NCBI GenBank assembly: GCA_050015375.1 | Contig: JBEKBN010000002.1 | Location: forward strand, 8,339-72,338 | Direction of reading: 5' to 3' | Origin: Minisyncoccia bacterium | GTDB lineage: Bacteria > Patescibacteriota > Minisyncoccia > 2-02-FULL-40-12 > IGHO2-01-FULL-4-A | Length of the DNA stretch: 64,000 bases | Shown: positions 1-9,928 of the stretch, in pieces | Numbering within the stretch: position 1 is the first letter of the stretch | Layout of the letters: each line of letters begins with the position of its first letter | Program-made: the position numbers and the translations under genes | The notes under the pieces: model-generated | The model's database searches: none | The model's input: the letters and a program-made list of their open reading frames with translations, nothing else | Told to the model about the DNA's origin: nothing

Positions 1-1058
1 TAGGTTTCGCCCGGATCGACAAAGGGGCTGGAAATGTCGCCAGTACTTAGCGAACCATGGTCTTCAGGCCAGATCTCTCCAAAATTATGATTGCCGTCAT
101 CACCGGTGTAAAGCGCGCCGCCGTCCGGCGCGCTACCTAAGGCTTTGATCCGCCACCAGGTGGCGCCAATGTCGGGCATTCCAAAAAACCAGCTTCCATC
201 ACCCACGTAATAGGAGTCATGGTAACGGGTCGGGGTTGTGGGTGTGCCGCCATAGGGTCCGAAATTCCTCCATTGCGAGTAGCCGTTGGGCAAAGCCACC
301 GTGGCTTGGGATTCGGGATATATGGTGGCCGGATAAAGCATATGGGGGTCTGTATCGTTAACCCATTCATCGGCGATTATTTTCCTGCCATCAGGCGATA
401 TGTATTTGCTTATATTCGGCCCGTTGAAATTAAAAGTTAAAAGAGGGATCGCGCTCACATCAGTATCGGATACGGTGGCTTTATAGATTTTTTTTGAATC
501 AAATTTAGGAGTTGTTGACCACGGCCAGTAGGCTGCTGAGCCTTCATCATAGTAGGTGTCCGGGATCTGGGGCGACCAATGAAAATATCCCGATGCCATA
601 CGACTTGGTCCATTCACGATCGGCCGTAAAAATTTTCCATCGGTATCAACAAGCATCCACATGTAGCTGTTTTCCTCGCCGGTAAAAGCGGCGGTATTCC
701 GGTCCCATGTCCAGAACGCCATTCTTTTGCCATCCGCGCTCCAAGGACTGACGCCGATGTCGTTTTGATAATATTCCTTTAAGTTTGGGGAATCGCTCAT
801 TTTCCAGACCTCATGCCCGGTCTCTGCGTCTTTGTACTCCAAAGTTTCCGGCTGCCAGATGTAATGGTTGGAAGTGTCTTCCAAAACGCTGGAGGGAAAA
901 ACATTTACGGTACGCCGCGCCTTACGGGTCATCATTTCATCAAGATTCTCCATGGCGGCTGAAGAAATTTTTACAAAACAAAACAGACCTAAAAATACGC
1001 CTAGGAAAATAAGAAGGGGTTTGGAATAATTCTTAAATCTTAATTTTACAATTTTCAC
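1..1058 (-). CDS. Secreted protein, paralog of the adjacent 1011-aa protein (truncated by window edge)
   Basis: Manual translation from GTG at 1058 gives a signal-peptide-like start, then AAMENLDEMMTRKARR...NHYIWQPETLEYKDAETGHEVWKM...PWSADGKRMAF, matching the neighbour's AAVENLDEAMLRKSR...NNYFQQPETLIWTDIATGSEVERL. Absent from the ORF track, presumably because its stop lies outside the window. Confidence 0.8.
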   Translation of the reverse strand, partial: MKIVKLRFKNYSKPLLIFLGVFLGLFCFVKISSAAMENLDEMMTRKARRTVNVFPSSVLEDTSNHYIWQPETLEYKDAETGHEVWKMSDSPNLKEYYQNDIGVSPWSADGKRMAFWTWDRNTAAFTGEENSYMWMLVDTDGKFLRPIVNGPSRMASGYFHWSPQIPDTYYDEGSAAYWPWSTTPKFDSKKIYKATVSDTDVSAIPLLTFNFNGPNISKYISPDGRKIIADEWVNDTDPHMLYPATIYPESQATVALPNGYSQWRNFGPYGGTPTTPTRYHDSYYVGDGSWFFGMPDIGATWWRIKALGSAPDGGALYTGDDGNHNFGEIWPEDHGSLSTGDISSPFVDPGET

Positions 1059-1125
1059 TGAATATTTAATTCTTTAATTTTCAACTTTGAAACATTGGGA
1101 AATCAATTGGGAATAAAATTAGAAA

Positions 1126-4100
1126 TTAATTTACAACAACTCCCGTCGGCGTAGCCGGAGGTGTAGTATCCCCCGATACATCAAGGGAAATGGTTTGGGA
1201 TTCTTTTCCCAAAACATCAACGGAAGTAATTCCGTATCTTGTCGTGCCATCTGTTGCTCCAAGCCAGTCCACCCAGGAGCATGAACCGCCAGAACAGATG
1301 TTTCTTGGAATAGAAGCGATCCTTCTTTGCTGAACGGCTGTCGGGGCTGCTCCGTCAAGGGCATATATATTGTAATAACGAACGGCCGAAGCGTTCGCTG
1401 GTTCAAGCCAATTAAGCGTATATTGCCCGGCGGCTGTGGCTGGAGCTTTTTCATATGCCTTGGTTAAGCTAGGCGGACTTAATGGAGCGACGGCAGAAAA
1501 AGGCGAGCTTCCTCCGGGATCGGCCGGGTATGAAGCCGTTTGAGAACCGGTTCCCGACCCTCCGCTTAGCGTGATCCTGTATATGTTGGATAGTTTATGA
1601 CCTTCCAGCCCACTTGCTTCCATTGAGGTAAGACCATAATAAAATGTTCCGTTGCCCGGAGCATCGGTGGCATCCCAATAGGTATTGCCGGTCCAGGTGC
1701 CAGTATCAAAATTATATCTATCCCACGCGTTCGCGGTTACAGTGTTAACCGAAGTCCAGGTTATCCCATCCGTACTTCGCCATAGCCGCCATTTATTGAT
1801 CTCTCTTGGCGGTAGATAAGTCCCGGTAGTTTCGTCCGGCCATTTTCTCTTTGTGTATCCTCTCCATGTTCCAGAATTCGTTCCCCAGTCGGCCCTGACC
1901 GTGACCGTTCCGCTGGCAGCTGTGACCCGAAAGATTTCCGGAGGGTAAGGATTTTCAACAACTACTTGAGCCATCGAAACATATTTGGTATCTTCCGCCA
2001 CACTACCAGCATATGGAGCATGAAATAAGGTTGAGGCAAAAGCTACTTTCGTTCCATCGGGGGACTGACATGGTCTTGGATAAGCATAATAATATGTAGG
2101 AGATCCGGAAAGATGGGTGTTAATCAGTTGCTTGGGAGCAAGATAATTAGTTTTTCCTGGTTGTGAGGTGGCATAGTATTTATTAACCCACATGGTGGTC
2201 TGTAAAGGCGATCCCGGCAGTCCAACGACCCAGTCCGACCAACCGGTCCAGGATGTGTGATTGGCAGAGCCGTGCCAGAATAGAGGAAACATTCCGTAAT
2301 GCGTTGGATCTGCCTTGACCCAAGGGACAATATCACCCGGACTTACGGGATTTGTTTTCGTGCCCGTGGTTACGATCCCCAGTCCCGGGCCATCTCCATA
2401 TTTTGGCGTATAGTCGTACATATCTTCAATTATATAGGTTCCCCACTGATCTTGGGAGCCATGCCCAAAATACGGGTTGTTGTAAGGATTATGTGGAAAA
2501 AATTTGGCAGACCAATTATCGTCCGTGAAAACGACTTGATCGATCCCGCCCCAAGATGTCCCATTCCAATCTGCCCAAAGGGGCCCGCCATCTGAAGCCC
2601 CGCCGGATTTTTTAAGCATAACGTGGACAGCGCCGCCGGCATAATTCAAAGTTACATATTGGCCATCCGGATTAGTAACATTCATGGAACTGGCATGCAC
2701 GGAAGCTTCGTTCTGAGACAAGTGCTCGCCGACCGGGTCGGAATAAGGCGCTGATGTGTATGAGGGGATTAAAGAAACATCATCTATATAAAATTCCGCC
2801 GGTTGGCTATTAGAATTATTTATAAATTGAACGGCGCCATAGTGTCCAGCCATTAAATAAATATTAAATTGGATTTTTTGCCACGAACCAGTGGTAGAAT
2901 ACGTGTTAGAAGAAACTGTGGTTTGCCCGCCATCAAGAATATTCACTTTTAACGTACCACTTGCAAGATAATACCAGGCAGTAAATAAATAACCATATTG
3001 GGTCATATCAATACCTTGAGATATGCCTCCATTTGATGGGGTGGAATCAACAACATGCCTTGCGTAGGTTCCCCCATGTGCTTTTGTCGAACTTCGTTCA
3101 TTTACCGCTGGACTTCCTACGGACGCCCAATTCGCATCCGCCTCCATTGTCCCATTAATTATTTGGTCCCCAATCCACGGCATCACTGCGCCATACGGAA
3201 AAGTATTTGTAATTTCCTGCCAATAGTTTGTCCAATCTGCGCCAGTCGGTGGCCTTTTCGCGGGATCAGCAAGATGGTCCTGAGTAGCTTCGTATATTTT
3301 GCCGTCTCCATTGCCTTGAACCAGAGTACCGTATCCGGATGGACCTAAGTGACGTGCAATACCCCAAGAAGCGGCCAGAACTGGCGCTCCACTGCTAAAA
3401 TCAATAAAATGAGCTCCTTTAGATGCAATTTGATTGGGGGTTGGATAATTGAAGACCGCCGCATCTGTTACAAGAAGCGTTGTTCCGCCGCTGGGAATGG
3501 AACCTGATATCCACTTGGTTCGCCCGTCATTGAAATCAAAAAAGGGGGCACCAGAAATATGAGGACCCGGGGAGGCCCTATTGGTAGTTGGATCAACACT
3601 GACCTTGAAGATCTGGTCAGAATTGCCAGAACCGATCTCACCACCTACCCAGTAATAAGGCCCATCCACAGCCCAGCCGATTCCCATATTGTCTACGGTA
3701 TTCCCCCAGCCCGTGGACTTTCTCATGTCGGTTCCATCAGAATTAGCTATCCATCTTCCATAAGAAGCCGTGTCGCGTTCCGGATCTGTACTGGTTCTTT
3801 TATTGCCGTAGTCGAACCAGCCTACCTTTGAGCCGTCAAAATTCCAAAATCTATGAGCTGCGATGTCATTGGAAATGATATCGGCGCCTTGGGGGCGGAA
3901 AAAGAGACGCTCAACTTCAGAACCGGTCGCGATATCTGTCCAGATCAAAGTTTCCGGTTGTTGAAAATAGTTGTTGCTTGGATTTTCTCCTGAAAAAACC
4001 GTGTTTGACCCGTTCCAGGGTGGACCCGGGTAACGGCTTTTTCTAAGCATCGCTTCGTCAAGATTCTCAACGGCAGCTTTGGTGAGAAAAGGGAAACTGA

Positions 4101-4161
4101 GTAGAACCAGCGCCAAAAAGCAAAAGATCACATTGAATTTTGTTTGTGCCTTTTTCGTCAT
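1126..4161 (-). CDS. Large secreted multidomain protein (TolB/oligogalacturonate-lyase-like propeller, carbohydrate-binding-like module, FN3-like C-terminus)
   Basis: ORF 1126..4233, likely start MTKK at 4161 with a hydrophobic signal peptide. WNFDGSKV and SPDGTKVAF propeller motifs, NGTMEADANW...FYIDDVSL CBM-like segment, terminal DTTPPATPTG. Confidence 0.65.
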   Translation of the reverse strand: MTKKAQTKFNVIFCFLALVLLSFPFLTKAAVENLDEAMLRKSRYPGPPWNGSNTVFSGENPSNNYFQQPETLIWTDIATGSEVERLFFRPQGADIISNDIAAHRFWNFDGSKVGWFDYGNKRTSTDPERDTASYGRWIANSDGTDMRKSTGWGNTVDNMGIGWAVDGPYYWVGGEIGSGNSDQIFKVSVDPTTNRASPGPHISGAPFFDFNDGRTKWISGSIPSGGTTLLVTDAAVFNYPTPNQIASKGAHFIDFSSGAPVLAASWGIARHLGPSGYGTLVQGNGDGKIYEATQDHLADPAKRPPTGADWTNYWQEITNTFPYGAVMPWIGDQIINGTMEADANWASVGSPAVNERSSTKAHGGTYARHVVDSTPSNGGISQGIDMTQYGYLFTAWYYLASGTLKVNILDGGQTTVSSNTYSTTGSWQKIQFNIYLMAGHYGAVQFINNSNSQPAEFYIDDVSLIPSYTSAPYSDPVGEHLSQNEASVHASSMNVTNPDGQYVTLNYAGGAVHVMLKKSGGASDGGPLWADWNGTSWGGIDQVVFTDDNWSAKFFPHNPYNNPYFGHGSQDQWGTYIIEDMYDYTPKYGDGPGLGIVTTGTKTNPVSPGDIVPWVKADPTHYGMFPLFWHGSANHTSWTGWSDWVVGLPGSPLQTTMWVNKYYATSQPGKTNYLAPKQLINTHLSGSPTYYYAYPRPCQSPDGTKVAFASTLFHAPYAGSVAEDTKYVSMAQVVVENPYPPEIFRVTAASGTVTVRADWGTNSGTWRGYTKRKWPDETTGTYLPPREINKWRLWRSTDGITWTSVNTVTANAWDRYNFDTGTWTGNTYWDATDAPGNGTFYYGLTSMEASGLEGHKLSNIYRITLSGGSGTGSQTASYPADPGGSSPFSAVAPLSPPSLTKAYEKAPATAAGQYTLNWLEPANASAVRYYNIYALDGAAPTAVQQRRIASIPRNICSGGSCSWVDWLGATDGTTRYGITSVDVLGKESQTISLDVSGDTTPPATPTGVVVN

Positions 4162-4304
4162 ATCTACGCCTAATTTTACTATGACCGGCGATATTATGAA
4201 AGAACTTAATCCACAACGGTTTCGCGAGATCAAAGCGGCGGCGGAAGGGTACGAAATTGACCGACTAACTTGTCAAATAAATCCGGAAATGCTAGGATAG
4301 CGAA

Positions 4305-4574
4305 ATGCCAATAACCAAATCTGCCCAAAAGGCGTTAAGACAATCAGAGGGTAGGAAATCCCGCAATATCATCCGCAAGGATAAATACAAGAAGTATGTG
4401 AAAGAATTCCGCAAGGCGATAGTCGCCAAAAATTTTGATGAGGCGAAAGTTCTCCTGCCGAAGGTCTATCAATCGCTCGACAAAGCGGCCAAAAGTAAAA
4501 CCATCAAGAAAAACAAAGCCAGCCGGTTGAAATCGCGGTTGAGCGCGTCAATGGTTAAGTCGGCGGGAAAATGA
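4305..4574 (+). CDS. rpsT: 30S ribosomal protein S20
   Basis: MPITKSAQKALRQS...LDKAAK...IKKNKASRLKSRL is the S20 signature. Confidence 0.97.
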   Translation: MPITKSAQKALRQSEGRKSRNIIRKDKYKKYVKEFRKAIVAKNFDEAKVLLPKVYQSLDKAAKSKTIKKNKASRLKSRLSASMVKSAGK

Positions 4575-4593
4575 TTTTTTTGGAGAATCTGTG

Positions 4594-4636
4594 AGACACC
4601 GGTCGCGGGCTCCGCCCGCGACCGGTGTCTTTTTTT
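4594..4636 (+). terminator. Rho-independent terminator after rpsT
   Basis: Perfect hairpin AGACACCGGTCGCGGGC...GCCCGCGACCGGTGTCT followed by a T-run. Confidence 0.8.
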
Positions 4637-5729
4637 ATCCATTTCTCGCTATCGCATTCGCGATCCCCAAGCCGGCGAAAAGCGGCCAGAGAGCCGAACT
4701 GCCATAACTGAAAAATGGCAGCGGCACTCCGGTCAACGGAATAAGACCGCTGATCGAACCGATATTTATGAATGCCTGAAGCGAAAGCCAGACGGCTACG
4801 CCGAGAATGAATAATCTTGAGAATTGATCACCGGCTTTTTTGGCTATGTGAACCAAGGTCAAAACCATGCCGACAAAAAGGGCAATGACAGCCGACCCGC
4901 CGACCAGACCCAGTTCTTCGACGATGACCGCGAAGATCGAATCCCCCGCCGGTTCGGGAAGATTGCTGATTTTTTGCTGGCTTTGGCCGTAACCGACGCC
5001 GAAGAGCCCGCCATTTCTAATGCTAACCAGTGCCTGATTAGTATGATAAGCGACGCCCTGGACATCCGCTGAGGGATTGAAATAGGCTTTTATCCTATCC
5101 CAGCGATAGGGCGCGAAGTATGCCAGCCCGGCAAATAGGATCGCAAAAACAAGCAGAAATCCCAGCATGTGGGAAATTTTCGCGCCTGAAAAAAAATACA
5201 TTGAAGCGCCCAGCAGAACAATGATGGTCAGAGTTTTCAGATCAGGTTGCAACGCTAAAAGAAAACCGACAAAACCCAAAACCAGCAAAAACGGCAGAAC
5301 CGCGGACGACCAATGATCGGTGGTGCGACTACCCCGTTGGGAGAACCAAGCGGCTAAATAGATTATCAAGGAAAGTTTGAGAAGTTCCGATGGCTCGAAA
5401 GTCAATGGTCCCAAATGAAGCCATCTTTGGGCGCCGTTTAAAGTTACGCCAAATTGTGGCATAAAGATCAAAAGCAAAAGCCCGATGTTGACGAATAGAA
5501 TCGGCAAAGCTAATTTTTTCCAAATTTTGGGTTTTATCCAAGAAAGCGCGAAAAAAATAACGAGTCCGGGCAGGACGCCAAACAGGAGCTGATGTTTGAA
5601 AAAATACGAAGCCGAGCCGAAAACCCGTTGGCCTTCGACCACGCCGGCCGACGACAGCATGACAAGACCGAATATGACCAGCAAAAAAAGAAGTATCACC
5701 AGCGTTTTCCCGGACCCCGAGGATTTCAT
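4635..5729 (-). CDS. ftsW: SEDS family peptidoglycan polymerase FtsW/SpoVE
   Basis: GLVMLSSA, GAQRWL, EPSELLK, LALQPD, GGLFGVGYGQS, LPEPAGDSIFA, PLTGVPLPFFSYG motifs. Start placed at MKSSG (5729) because the upstream extension lies in a palindromic element. Confidence 0.88.
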   Translation of the reverse strand: MKSSGSGKTLVILLFLLVIFGLVMLSSAGVVEGQRVFGSASYFFKHQLLFGVLPGLVIFFALSWIKPKIWKKLALPILFVNIGLLLLIFMPQFGVTLNGAQRWLHLGPLTFEPSELLKLSLIIYLAAWFSQRGSRTTDHWSSAVLPFLLVLGFVGFLLALQPDLKTLTIIVLLGASMYFFSGAKISHMLGFLLVFAILFAGLAYFAPYRWDRIKAYFNPSADVQGVAYHTNQALVSIRNGGLFGVGYGQSQQKISNLPEPAGDSIFAVIVEELGLVGGSAVIALFVGMVLTLVHIAKKAGDQFSRLFILGVAVWLSLQAFINIGSISGLIPLTGVPLPFFSYGSSALWPLFAGLGIANAIARNG

Positions 5730-5752
5730 TTCTCTATTATACAACAATTTCC

Positions 5753-5951
5753 GCGAGCCGGTCTCTTTTTTCACCAGATTCTCGGCTTCGCTCATCGGCT
5801 CATTCAAGACGATTTGTATTTCCGGAATTTCAGGTGACCCTCACCTGCGCGGGCTATTCAGCTTCGTTCTCGACCTCAAATTCCGGACAAATCGTCTCTC
5901 CGGTTCGCCGATTCGCTTGCCTGCGAGATGTGAAAAAAGAGACCGGCTCGC
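5753..5951. repeat. ~200-bp fold-back palindromic element
   Basis: GCGAGCCGGTCTCTTTTTTCAC (5753) is the exact reverse complement of GTGAAAAAAGAGACCGGCTCGC (ending 5951). Inner arms AGACGATTTGT/ACAAATCGTCT and CCGGAATTT/AAATTCCGG. Confidence 0.75.
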
Positions 5952-6007
5952 TTTTTCTTAGCACACCAAAAACAAAAAGACCCCCGAAGGAGTCCGATGA
6001 AAGAGCT

Positions 6008-6253
6008 CTAAATATTTTTACGCCTAACTTTTTTAAAGATTCGCTGCATACCCTCCCACGTCATTTGGTACATTTCCAGTGGGGTCATATACCAATCATC
6101 GAGCCATCTTTCATATCCAGCTTTTGCAATTATCAATCTGGCACCATAATGAAGCCAAAGGCATATGTTGCCAATAAGGAGAGAAGTAATCAATGAAATA
6201 CAAAAATAAATGGACAGAATCCAAAATGCTTGGAATGGCGAGATTAAGATCAT
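6008..6253 (-). CDS. Small hypothetical membrane protein
   Basis: 81-aa ORF with a hydrophobic N-terminus, AAGGAG SD upstream and a terminator-like hairpin near 5975-5995. Confidence 0.5.
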   Translation of the reverse strand: MILISPFQAFWILSIYFCISLITSLLIGNICLWLHYGARLIIAKAGYERWLDDWYMTPLEMYQMTWEGMQRIFKKVRRKNI

Positions 6254-6284
6254 AATGCTCCTTTTTGGTTTGAATTGTTAAAGG

Positions 6285-7364
6285 TCAGCGAAATAAAGGT
6301 GGAATTTTACTATCAACCAAGAAAATAATTAAACCGATGATCGCGCCAATGAGGTTTATCATCCAGAAGCGCATGGTCACCTGGGACTCGGGCCAGCCGA
6401 GAGCTTCGAAATGATGATGAATGGGCGTTGAAAGGAATATTTTTTTCTTGCGGAATTTTTTGGACAACAATTGGATAATGACCGAACCGGATTCAATGAA
6501 AAAGATAATGCCGATGGGAATAAGCAAGAACGGCGTATTGGTCAGCATAGCAATAATGCCAAGCAGAACGCCCAAGGGCATCGAGCCGGTGGCGCCCATA
6601 AAAAATTTGGCCGGAAAAATATTAAACCACAAAAACGCGGCCAAAGCGCCCATGATGGCGGCGATGAAAACCACCAGATCCATCCTGCCCTGAACAAAAG
6701 CGATGGCTCCGTAAGCGCCGAACATGGTCAAAAATATTCCCGCCACCAAGCCATCAAGGCCGTCGGTTTCATTCGCTGAAAAAGTTGTGGCTACGATTAT
6801 GAGAATGAAGATCAGAATATACCACCAGCCGACAAAAAGATCGCCCAGAAACGGCAGATTGATGGTGGTAAAACCAAGTTTGAAATAAAACCACCAGGCG
6901 CCGCCGATCGCCACGAGAGTGTATAAGATCAGCTGATATCTCATTGATAATCCCCCGCCTTTGGGACCGATCCGCAAAACGCCGAGGTAGTCATCAATCA
7001 TCCCGACAAGTCCCGCCACGACCAACGCCCCGAACGGCAACCAAGTTTGGGGCCGCGAAAAGAAATTCATCTTGCCCCAAAATCCATCCATTGTTTTTGA
7101 CAAAAACCAAAAGACCAAAGTCAGTAGAACGACCGTTCCCCAGACAATGAATCCGGCCATGGTCGGTGTGCCTTCTTTGGCTTTGTGGAGAGAATTAAAA
7201 ATGGGCGCGCCTTCCTGCCGAAGTTGTTTGCCCATTCTATTTTTGACCAAAACCTTGTTCCATAAGGGCGTCACCGCTAGCGACACAAAAAAAGCCAAAG
7301 TGGCGACGACAAAAATTCTGACGACATTGAAAACAGTGAATGATTGTGGTAATGGATTGATCAT
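6285..7364 (-). CDS. mraY: Phospho-N-acetylmuramoyl-pentapeptide transferase
   Basis: KEGTPTMAG, GMIDDY, NETDGLDGL, FLWFNIFPAKFFMG, PIHHHFEALGWPE motifs. Confidence 0.96.
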   Translation of the reverse strand: MINPLPQSFTVFNVVRIFVVATLAFFVSLAVTPLWNKVLVKNRMGKQLRQEGAPIFNSLHKAKEGTPTMAGFIVWGTVVLLTLVFWFLSKTMDGFWGKMNFFSRPQTWLPFGALVVAGLVGMIDDYLGVLRIGPKGGGLSMRYQLILYTLVAIGGAWWFYFKLGFTTINLPFLGDLFVGWWYILIFILIIVATTFSANETDGLDGLVAGIFLTMFGAYGAIAFVQGRMDLVVFIAAIMGALAAFLWFNIFPAKFFMGATGSMPLGVLLGIIAMLTNTPFLLIPIGIIFFIESGSVIIQLLSKKFRKKKIFLSTPIHHHFEALGWPESQVTMRFWMINLIGAIIGLIIFLVDSKIPPLFR

Positions 7365-7370
7365 AGATTT

Positions 7371-8417
7371 TTACTGCCAAGAATAGGCCTGCCGACCCCA
7401 CTCAACAAGTTCTTTTATTTCTCCGAAGCGGTCGTTGGAACCCAGAACCACGGCGATCATCCTGTTGTCGTCTCCGCCCGAAATGGATCCCTGCCCGCCG
7501 GCAGGTGTGGTATCTCCGGCGGAAACTTTGACTTCCAAAACCATGGTTTGGAGAGCGCCGTTCGTGAAACCCGTCTTGCCGCCAATGATCCCGGGAACGT
7601 CTCCCAAAAGCTGGTCGGTGCTGACCAGATGATGAGTATATTTGCCGTCAATTGAACTGACATCGGCGGTTCTGGTGGCTAAAATCTCCCAGATGACCGG
7701 ATACTTGTCAACATACCCGACTAATTTTATCAGATCGGAGACGGTTGAAAAAGAGTCGCCGTCATCCAGGCCGGCCGGGTCGGAAAATTTCGTGTCGGCC
7801 ATGCCAAGCACCCCCGCCTTCTCGTTCATTTTGGCAACTATGTCAATCCCTTTTTGGGAAGCATTGGAAGCGAAAACCAAAGCGGCGTCGTTGGAAGATT
7901 TTATCAGCATGACCTTCAAAAGATCGCCGCCTTTTAGTTTTTCGCCATTCGCGAAATCAGCGCCGTTGCCATCGGCGTTCAGATCTTCGGGCACAACGGT
8001 GTAAGTATCGCTAAGCGACAAATTTTCCATGACCACGACGGCGGTCATCAGTTTGGTTATCGAAGCGATGGGTAATTTGTCATTGACATCTTTTGAGTAA
8101 AGCAATTTCTCGGATTTGATATCATACAAAGCGGCGGACTTGGCGCCGATATCGGGATCGGGGATATTGAAATCACGGATCGGTAAATAGTTAGCTTGGT
8201 TGTTGGGTAAAATATACGTCTCGATCTGCTGGCCGAAATTTATTTGGCTGACGTCCATTTCTTTGGACGGAGCGATTACGGCAATGGCTTCATTTTTCGT
8301 CTTGTCAACTTGTGCGGTCGAGGGCAGCATCCGGAAGGAAGCAAACCAAACCAGCAAAGCCAATAAACCCAAAACGATGCCGGTTGAAATTGTGCTGATG
8401 ACCAGTTTTATCCGCAT
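7371..8417 (-). CDS. D-alanyl-D-alanine carboxypeptidase (peptidase S11)
   Basis: SxxK (ASITKL), SxN (SSND) and KTG (GKTGFT) motifs; N-terminal TM anchor. Confidence 0.92.
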   Translation of the reverse strand: MRIKLVISTISTGIVLGLLALLVWFASFRMLPSTAQVDKTKNEAIAVIAPSKEMDVSQINFGQQIETYILPNNQANYLPIRDFNIPDPDIGAKSAALYDIKSEKLLYSKDVNDKLPIASITKLMTAVVVMENLSLSDTYTVVPEDLNADGNGADFANGEKLKGGDLLKVMLIKSSNDAALVFASNASQKGIDIVAKMNEKAGVLGMADTKFSDPAGLDDGDSFSTVSDLIKLVGYVDKYPVIWEILATRTADVSSIDGKYTHHLVSTDQLLGDVPGIIGGKTGFTNGALQTMVLEVKVSAGDTTPAGGQGSISGGDDNRMIAVVLGSNDRFGEIKELVEWGRQAYSWQ

Positions 8418-8419
8418 AT

Positions 8420-9844
8420 TTATTTTTTCCCGCTTTCCGCTATCTTCAGATGCAATTCTCTAAGTTGTTTTTCGTCCACCTCCGAGGGCGAACCCATCAT
8501 TGGATCTCTGACCGAACCGGCCAAAGGAAAGGCAATGACCTCGCTGATCTTTTCTTCGTTTGCCAAGATCCTGACAAGCCGGTCAATACCGGGAGCGATC
8601 CCGCCATGGGGCGGCACGCCATATTCAAATGCCTCCAGCATATGTGAAAATTGTTTTTTCTGTTTCGGAGAAAAGCCGATGAGATCGAAAATTTTATCCT
8701 GGATCTTGGGATCGTGGATCCTGATGCTGCCGCCGCCGATCTCCACTCCGTTTAGAACTAAATCGTGCTGAAGGGACCGGGCCTTGCCGGGTTCGGTGTC
8801 AAGCAAGTGAATGTCTTCGGGTTTAGGCGCGGTGAACATGTGATGCGAAGGCGCCCATTTGTCGCCGGCTCCGTGAAAAAAATCTTCTTCGGTTTGCTCC
8901 GTGAAAAGCGGAAAATCCACGATCCAGCAAAAAGCCAATTCATTCGGGTCGTTCTTGTCTTTCCGCAGATCGGGCTTGTCACTGCCGAATTTTTCCTTGG
9001 CTTCCCTATAAGTCATTTTGGGCCAAGGAGCTTGGGTGATCTTTTTCTTTGGTGTCAGGGTCTGAACCAATTTGCTGTATAGTTTTTCAATTAATTCCAA
9101 AATTTCTTCTTGGCTGACAAAAGACATTTCCAGGTCCAATTGATAGAACTCGCCGGGACTCCGGTCGGCTCGGGCATCTTCGTCGCGAAAACAGGGAGCG
9201 ATCTGATAATATTTTTCCATGCCGGCGACCATCAATAATTGTTTGTACTGCTGGGGCGACTGGGGCAGAGCGAAAAACTGACCCGGATATTTTCTTGATG
9301 GGACAAGATAATCGCGGGCGCCTTCAGGTGTGGATTTGGTCAAGATCGGCGTTTGAATTTCGATGAATCCATCATCGGTAAGATAATTTCTTATGAACTG
9401 AATGACTTTGTGGCGCAATTGAAGATTTTTCCGCATTCGCGGATTACGCAGATCAAGGTAGCGATATTTCAATCGCGTCTCTTCGTTTATCTCTCTGGTG
9501 TCGGATGCGATGTCAAACGGTAACGTCTTTGACTCGCTGATGATCTTGATGTCCGTGGCTTCCAGTTCGACAGTGCCGGTAGCTAGTTCTTTGTTGACCA
9601 AATTCTTCGGCCGTTCATTGATCTTGCCAATAATTTTGACGACGAATTCGCTCCGCAATTTTTCGGCGATTTCGTGGGCGGTTTGCGAAATTTTCGGATT
9701 GACGACGACTTGAACCAAACCGGTCTTGTCGCGGACATCGAGAAAAATCAATTTGCCGTGGTCCCGCCGGGTATTGACCCAACCAAAAATCTCAACTTCC
9801 TCTCCGATATGACCCACCGTCTCAGCGGTATATGTGCGTTTCAT
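8420..9844 (-). CDS. aspS: Aspartyl-tRNA synthetase, short form lacking the GAD insertion domain
   Basis: OB-fold RRDHGKLIFLDVRD, RLKYRYLDLR, PEGARDYLVPSR, LPQSPQ, CFRDEDARADR, PPHGGIAPGIDR. Confidence 0.96.
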   Translation of the reverse strand: MKRTYTAETVGHIGEEVEIFGWVNTRRDHGKLIFLDVRDKTGLVQVVVNPKISQTAHEIAEKLRSEFVVKIIGKINERPKNLVNKELATGTVELEATDIKIISESKTLPFDIASDTREINEETRLKYRYLDLRNPRMRKNLQLRHKVIQFIRNYLTDDGFIEIQTPILTKSTPEGARDYLVPSRKYPGQFFALPQSPQQYKQLLMVAGMEKYYQIAPCFRDEDARADRSPGEFYQLDLEMSFVSQEEILELIEKLYSKLVQTLTPKKKITQAPWPKMTYREAKEKFGSDKPDLRKDKNDPNELAFCWIVDFPLFTEQTEEDFFHGAGDKWAPSHHMFTAPKPEDIHLLDTEPGKARSLQHDLVLNGVEIGGGSIRIHDPKIQDKIFDLIGFSPKQKKQFSHMLEAFEYGVPPHGGIAPGIDRLVRILANEEKISEVIAFPLAGSVRDPMMGSPSEVDEKQLRELHLKIAESGKK

Positions 9845-9877
9845 GAGTAAATTGTAGAATAAAAACGGAAATTATGC

Positions 9878-9921
9878 AAAAGAAAAAGCCGCTCATCCGT
9901 CAACCGACGGATTCGAGCGGC
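9878..9921 (-). terminator. Intrinsic terminator upstream of aspS
   Basis: Minus strand GCCGCTCGAATCCGTC-GGTT-GACGGATGAGCGGC followed by TTTTTCTTTT. Confidence 0.8.
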
Positions 9922-9928
9922 AGAAAAA

